DNA of 64,000 nucleotides from an uncultured Actinomycetes bacterium (GTDB lineage Bacteria; Actinomycetota; Thermoleophilia; UBA2241): NCBI GenBank assembly GCA_963709345.1, contig CAVPVX010000011.1, positions 96,001 to 160,000 of the forward strand, read 5' to 3'. Shown piece by piece: positions 58,909 to 64,000 of this stretch (position 1 is its first letter; each line of letters starts with the position of its first letter). The notes under the pieces were generated by a model. It saw only the letters and a program-made list of their open reading frames with translations, ran no database searches and was not told where the DNA came from. The position numbers and the translations under genes were made by a program.

Positions 58909-60020
58909 GAGCGGAACACGATCGCGGGATCGACGCGGGAGATGTTGCGCAGCGGGATCACCGCCGCGATGAGCCCCATGAGCAGCGCCGCCAGGCCGAC
59001 GAGGGCGACGTCCTTGGGGAGGATGAGCGTGATGAACTGCGGCACCCAGATCTCCGCGGCGCGCGCCGCCAGCAGCGACACCGCAAGACCTGCGACGTAG
59101 CCGCAGGCGGCGGCGCCCAGGGCCTGAACGGCGACGACCATGAGCATCTGCACGGGGCGAGCGCCGAGGGCCTTGAGCACGCCGTACTCGCGCCGATGCT
59201 CGAGCACCGCCGAGTAGATCGTCAGACCGATGACCGCCACGCCGACGCAGAAACCGATGACCAGCAGCACGCCGAGCACCGGCAGAAAGCCCTCCTTGAC
59301 GATGCGCTCGTTCTCGCGGATGACCGTCGCCGTGCTCTTGACCAAGGTCTTCGGCGCCTCCTTCTTCAGGCGCTCGGTCACCGCCGCGAGACTGGCGCCC
59401 GGCTCCAGACGGATCAGGAAGGCGTTGACCAGATCGTTGCTCTGCAGCAGCGAGCGCGCCCGCTTGTTCGTCACGAAGCCGTACTGGAACATCACGACGT
59501 CGCCGCCGGCGCTGATACCCGCCACGCGCAGCTCCCGATCCAAGATGGTGAGCCGGTCACCGATGTTCAGCGTGTTGCGGTGCGCGAAGACCTTGTCGAC
59601 GATGATCTCGTGGTTGCCGATCGCCTTCGTGCCCGACTCCATGCGCAGTGGGCCCGGTCCGGGGCCGCGGGCCTTCGGGTCGAAGCCGGCGACGTAGAGC
59701 ACGACGTCGCGTCCGCCGAGCTCGAAACCGAGCTCCCGCGCCATGTAGGGGATGGCCTCGGCGACGCCGCCGGTCGCGCTGATGGTGGTCTCGAGGCTCG
59801 AGGGCAGGACGGAGTACGACTGCAGCATGTCGGCGGTACCGGTCTGCACCACCCAGGCGTCCACGTCCATGGCGTTGTAGAAGTCGCCGACCTTGTGTTC
59901 GTAGGCGAGGTAGAGGCCGCGGAGCAGGATCATCAGGGCGACCGCGAAGGCCACCCCGCCGATCGAGATGGCGAGACGGGCGCGCTCCTTGAAGAGGTTC
60001 TTGCGGGCGAGGGTCCACAT
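58905..60020 (-). CDS. ABC permease (MacB/FtsX-like)
   Basis: LARKNLFKERAR...EHRREYGVLKALGA...RVDPAIVFR. Confidence 0.9.
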   Translation of the reverse strand: MWTLARKNLFKERARLAISIGGVAFAVALMILLRGLYLAYEHKVGDFYNAMDVDAWVVQTGTADMLQSYSVLPSSLETTISATGGVAEAIPYMARELGFELGGRDVVLYVAGFDPKARGPGPGPLRMESGTKAIGNHEIIVDKVFAHRNTLNIGDRLTILDRELRVAGISAGGDVVMFQYGFVTNKRARSLLQSNDLVNAFLIRLEPGASLAAVTERLKKEAPKTLVKSTATVIRENERIVKEGFLPVLGVLLVIGFCVGVAVIGLTIYSAVLEHRREYGVLKALGARPVQMLMVVAVQALGAAACGYVAGLAVSLLAARAAEIWVPQFITLILPKDVALVGLAALLMGLIAAVIPLRNISRVDPAIVFRS

Positions 60021-60044
60021 GGCGGGTGGTCGTCCGCGCTTCGC

Positions 60045-61271
60045 TCAGCCGGCCGTGATGGGGTAGGGCAGCGAAGCGCCCTCGGGGATGGCCTCGATGT
60101 ACTTCTCTCTGAACTCGGGATCCTGCATGCGACAGTGCAGAGAGCGCTTGACGTACGCCGGGTGCTCAAGCATCTGCTGCCAGAGCTCGCCGACACTCGC
60201 GTCGCGCACGCTGCCGAACGAGAGGGGCGTGAAATCGCAGGGCGTGAGGTCACCGTGCGCTGTGACGTGACACTGCAGGTTGGCGGCCAGGCAGCCGATC
60301 AGCAGGCTGAACCCTCGTCCGCTGTTGGTCCAGGACTGGGTGATGACTCGCAACCGTCCTTTGTGCACACGGTTGACCTCGCGTCCCTCGGCCATGAGCC
60401 GGCGCCGGTGCGGCGCGTCCAGCAGCGGCCCGCAGTCGTGCAGCAGTCGTCCGGTGCGGATGCCGTCGAAGACGCTGACCTCGCTCACGCCCCAGTCTTC
60501 GGCGAGGGCGGCGACGCGGCTCAGGTTGCGGCCCTCCACCGAGGCGTCGGTGGCGAAGGTGGAAAGACCCACGAGCAGACCGGCGCGTCGCGCGCTGCGC
60601 GCGGCCTTCTCGACCGCGCGAAACACGCCCTTGCGGCCGCGCAGTTCGTCGTGAACCGCCTCGTCGGGGTCGTCCAGGCTCAGGTGGATGCCGTAGACGC
60701 CCGCGTCGCGCAGTGACAGGAGAACCTCGTCCGTCGCCCCCAGTCCGTTGCAGAAGAACTCGGCGACCGCGCGTTCGCGTGGCACCGAGGCGGCGAGCTG
60801 GGCGAGGTCCTTGCGCAGCAAAGGCTCGCCGCCGGTGAACGTGACGACGCTCGCGCCGGCGTCGACGCACTCCCCGATGACCCGCTGCCAGGTCGCCGTG
60901 TCGAGGTCGCCCTGCCCATTCGGCCGCATGGCGGCGCTGCAGTGCGGGCACGACAGCTGGCAGGCGCTCGTGACGGCCAGAGTGGCCGCCATGGGCGTGC
61001 GCCGCCCGAAGAGTCGATTGCGCAGAAAGTTCTCCAGCTGGTGGGCGTGGGCCGTGCTCGGCACGGGGGGGACGTAGAGCGAGTAGATGTAGCGGCCGTT
61101 CTGCACGCGCACGGGCCCCAGCGTGTTGAGCCAGGCGAAGTAGGCGTGGATCGACGGTATGCAGCGGCCGGGTGCCTTGCCGCGGGTCCTGAGCGACAGG
61201 CGGCCACCGGACGCGCGTACGTCGAGCTCGAGGTGCTCAAGCTCGGGTGTGTGCGAGAACCGGTAGATCAC
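60045..61271 (-). CDS. Radical SAM/SPASM-twitch protein
   Basis: CQLSCPHC, FTGGEPLL, GCLAA...GDLTPCDF. Confidence 0.9.
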   Translation of the reverse strand: MIYRFSHTPELEHLELDVRASGGRLSLRTRGKAPGRCIPSIHAYFAWLNTLGPVRVQNGRYIYSLYVPPVPSTAHAHQLENFLRNRLFGRRTPMAATLAVTSACQLSCPHCSAAMRPNGQGDLDTATWQRVIGECVDAGASVVTFTGGEPLLRKDLAQLAASVPRERAVAEFFCNGLGATDEVLLSLRDAGVYGIHLSLDDPDEAVHDELRGRKGVFRAVEKAARSARRAGLLVGLSTFATDASVEGRNLSRVAALAEDWGVSEVSVFDGIRTGRLLHDCGPLLDAPHRRRLMAEGREVNRVHKGRLRVITQSWTNSGRGFSLLIGCLAANLQCHVTAHGDLTPCDFTPLSFGSVRDASVGELWQQMLEHPAYVKRSLHCRMQDPEFREKYIEAIPEGASLPYPITAG

Positions 61272-61455
61272 GACGCGCCCCTTTCGCGGTCCGTTCCGAC
61301 CGTGGCGTGCACGGGTGCCGCCCAGGCACCCAGGACGTTTGTACCCTATCGTGTCTTTCGCGACAAACTGCCTCGGACCATGGGGAGCGGCTTGCCGGGC
61401 TCCCAGGTCTTCCCGGGGTCGGCGCCTGCGCCTGCGCGTGCGATACGCTTGCCCG

Positions 61456-62364
61456 ATGGAACAGCGACCGCCTGCCTCCGCCTACGTCGCCGCCGTCGCC
61501 ATGACGGTCGCCTTCGGCCTCTCCTTCGTCGCGACCAAGTACGCCCTGCGCGGCTTCGAGCCGCTGCTGCTGGCGCTGCTGCGCTTCGCGCTGGCCGGCG
61601 GCATCCTCTGGGTCGTGTGGCGCCTGCGGCGGGGCGGGGAGCGACCCACGCGCGGCGAGCTGCTGCGTCTTGCCGTGCTCGGCTTCGTCTCGCTCACCGT
61701 CTACTTCAGCTTCGAGAACCTCGGGATCGCCCGCACGAGCGCCTCGGAAGCGGCGATCCTCATCGCCACGATCCCGATCTTCGTCGTGCTGCTCAACGCG
61801 TTCACGCTGCGGGAGCGCAACGGCGGGCGCCAGTGGGCCGGCATCCTGCTCTCATTCGCCGGCATCGTCGCACTGGTGCTCCTCGGCGGCGCCGCGTCGG
61901 AAGGTGGCCTCGCCGGCAACCTGCTCGTGCTGACGGCGTCGCTGGCGGGAGCCGCCTACAGCCTCCTGGCGCGCCGCCTGCTCGTGAGTCGCCCGGCGCT
62001 CTACGTGACGACGTTCCAGAACCTCTTCGGGGCGCTTTTCATGCTCCCGCTGGCGATCGCCGAGGCGTTCATCGCCGGGGTGCGGCAGCCGACCGCGGGG
62101 GCGGCGGGTGGCGTGCTGTTTCTCACCGTCGTCTGCTCGATCACGGCGTACCTGCTGCTCAACTACGCGTTCCGCTTCATCCCGGCGAGCCGCGTGAGCG
62201 TGTTCATCAACCTCACGCCGGTGGTGGCCGTGGCGAGCGCCTACCTGCTGCTGGGCGAGCGGCTCACGGCGTGGCAGGCGGTCGCGGCGGTCGTGGTGGT
62301 GGCGGGGGTGTGGCTGGCGAACAGCGGCGCGCGAGAGGAGTCTAGAAGTCCATCGGCAGGATGA
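61456..62364 (+). CDS. DMT/EamA family transporter
   Basis: FGLSFVATKYAL...FINLTPVVAV...LLGERLT. Confidence 0.9.
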   Translation: MEQRPPASAYVAAVAMTVAFGLSFVATKYALRGFEPLLLALLRFALAGGILWVVWRLRRGGERPTRGELLRLAVLGFVSLTVYFSFENLGIARTSASEAAILIATIPIFVVLLNAFTLRERNGGRQWAGILLSFAGIVALVLLGGAASEGGLAGNLLVLTASLAGAAYSLLARRLLVSRPALYVTTFQNLFGALFMLPLAIAEAFIAGVRQPTAGAAGGVLFLTVVCSITAYLLLNYAFRFIPASRVSVFINLTPVVAVASAYLLLGERLTAWQAVAAVVVVAGVWLANSGAREESRSPSAG

Positions 62365-62839
62365 GGTCGCGCTCGAGCGCGCCCACGATGCGTTCCACCT
62401 CGTTCTCGAAGTTGCGCCGCGCCATGCGTTCGGCTTCGCGGGCCAGCGTCTGGGCGCCTTGGTAGAGGTCGCGGTTGAAGCGCTCGACGGCGGCCCGCCC
62501 GAGCGTCACGTCGCGCCGGGTCTCGCACTCCGGGCAGCGCAGCGTGATGTCCCACGAGGCGTCGCCGGAGCGCAGCCAGTCGACGGGATAGACCAGTCGG
62601 CCGCCGCAGACGGGGCAGGCGGCGGTCTCGGTCTCGTCGGCGCATGGCGGCGGCGTATGACTGAGGCCACAGGAGGGCGCGACGGGCGGCTCCGTCTCGG
62701 CGCGCGCGTGCGGCGCGGCGCTGGGCTGCGGTGAGCGGTCGCCGCTGCGGCGGCGGGCGCGCTCCCCGTTGAAGACGAGCATCTCCACGGACGTACCGTC
62801 GGGGAAGACGAAGAGCTCTATCCTGTACTCATCATCCAT
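62342..62839 (-). CDS. Hypothetical Zn-ribbon protein
   Basis: CPVC...LVYPVDW...LRCPEC, ends ILPMDF. Confidence 0.7.
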   Translation of the reverse strand: MDDEYRIELFVFPDGTSVEMLVFNGERARRRSGDRSPQPSAAPHARAETEPPVAPSCGLSHTPPPCADETETAACPVCGGRLVYPVDWLRSGDASWDITLRCPECETRRDVTLGRAAVERFNRDLYQGAQTLAREAERMARRNFENEVERIVGALERDLILPMDF

Positions 62840-63039
62840 ATCGACTGCCGGGCGCCGGCCCGGGCGACCTCCTCTCTCGTTTCTCCTATCGGACGGCCCC
62901 CCGGAGGGCTTGAGCATCCGTGCCGTGGCGACCCTCTGGGGCGCCGACCGCCGTGCTCTCTCGCCCGTCGAGGCGCGCTCGTCTGGACAGCCGCGCGCGC
63001 GGTGGGGGATACTACCGGGGCGCTTCGCGGCGCGCGGCC

Positions 63040-63894
63040 ATGACCTCTTCTCCCATCGACAACCAGCAGCTCGCCGGCCTGCCCATCGGCATGTTCGACT
63101 CGGGTATGGGCGGTCTCACCGTGCTCCACGAGTGCCTCGTCCGGCTGCCCGGCGAGCACTTCGCCTACGTCGGCGACACGGCGCGCTTCCCGTATGGCGA
63201 GAAGAGCCCGGCCGAGCTCGAGCTGTTCTCGCGCCAGATCACCGCGTTTCTGGAGACCGTCCCGGTCAAGCTCGTCGTCGTCGCCTGCTACTCGGCCACG
63301 TCCGCGGCGCTGCCGGTGCTGCAGGAGCGCTTCGACACGCCGATCATCGGCGTCGTCATGCCGGGGGCGCGAGCCGCCGTGGAGAGCTCGCGCTACCGTC
63401 GCATCGGCGTCCTGGCCACCGCGGCCACCGTGGCGAGCGGCGCCTACCCGCGCGCCATCCACAGCCTCGACTCCGGCGCCGAGGTCATCCAGCAGGCCTG
63501 CCCGGGCCTCGTCGACTTCATCGAGGCCGGCGACGTCGCCAGCCAGGAGCTGGCCGACGCGGTGCGCGGCTTCACCGAGCCGCTCAAGGCGCAGCGGCCG
63601 GACGTCGTGATCATGGGCTGCACGCACTACCCGCTGATCGCGCCCATGCTGCAGCGCTTTCTGGGCCGGGATGTCGCGCTCATCAACCCGGCCGCCGAGA
63701 TCGCGCGAGAGGTCGAAGAGGTCCTCGCGCGCCAGCACGTCGAGCGGCCCGGCGAGAGTATGGGCTCGTACCGCTTCTACGCGACCGGTGACGTGGAGCG
63801 GTTCCGCTCGACGGGTGCGCGCTTTCTGCAGATGCCGCTCACCCGGGTCCGGGCGCTCCCGCTCGAGAAGCTCAACGAGTTCGTTGCGCCATGA
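63040..63894 (+). CDS. murI: Glutamate racemase
   Basis: FDSGMGGLTV, DTARFPYG, VACYSA, GCTHYP. Confidence 0.93.
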   Translation: MTSSPIDNQQLAGLPIGMFDSGMGGLTVLHECLVRLPGEHFAYVGDTARFPYGEKSPAELELFSRQITAFLETVPVKLVVVACYSATSAALPVLQERFDTPIIGVVMPGARAAVESSRYRRIGVLATAATVASGAYPRAIHSLDSGAEVIQQACPGLVDFIEAGDVASQELADAVRGFTEPLKAQRPDVVIMGCTHYPLIAPMLQRFLGRDVALINPAAEIAREVEEVLARQHVERPGESMGSYRFYATGDVERFRSTGARFLQMPLTRVRALPLEKLNEFVAP

Positions 63895-64000
63895 CGAGCC
63901 GCTTTCTCGCGCGGGCGGCGGTGTACGCCGCCCTGTACGCCGCGCTCACGCTCGCGCCCGGCCTGAACGCCCTTGCGTACGGACCGGTGCAGTTTCGCCT
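63891..64000 (+). CDS. QueT-family transporter, 5' part (runs off window)
   Basis: LARAAVYAALYAALTL...LAYGPVQFR. Confidence 0.75.
   Translation, partial: MTSRFLARAAVYAALYAALTLAPGLNALAYGPVQFR

Overview
A very GC-rich bacterial chromosomal segment. Gene content and leaderless promoters suggest Actinomycetota, possibly Thermoleophilia-like (inference). The backbone carries uppP, a KhtTU-like antiporter, cbiZ, metF, ftsE-ftsX-M23-S41-rnr-smpB, murI, and tRNA-Gly(GCC), tRNA-Cys(GCA) and tRNA-Arg(CCG). Four accessory blocks are interleaved. (1) A corrinoid-protein/UroD-MtaA module with a GntR regulator and a perfect 18-bp operator. (2) A 4.8-kb islet in tRNA-Cys bounded by a 47-bp att duplication, with an integrase remnant, an EcsC-like gene, a MerR gene and a Mesh1-like alarmone hydrolase. 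(3) The most unusual block, 18.1-31.6 kb: a DeoR-led operon encoding a choline-kinase-like enzyme, an uncharacterised Pol-beta-type nucleotidyltransferase (NTase), a metallophosphoesterase and an APC permease, followed by two paralogous genes fusing a Fic domain to that same NTase family. (4) A sulfate/phosphate-ester block after tRNA-Arg: arylsulfatase, DHH-mevalonate kinase-HAD operon, SulP-STAS-DUF47 fusion, DUF47 and an ABC importer. Other oddities are a NIF3-RNase H fusion, a candidate sRNA at 36.1 kb and a 20-bp motif following three tRNA/att ends. Many genes carry isolated frameshifts that look like sequencing indels. All family calls come from motif recognition by eye; no database searches were run.
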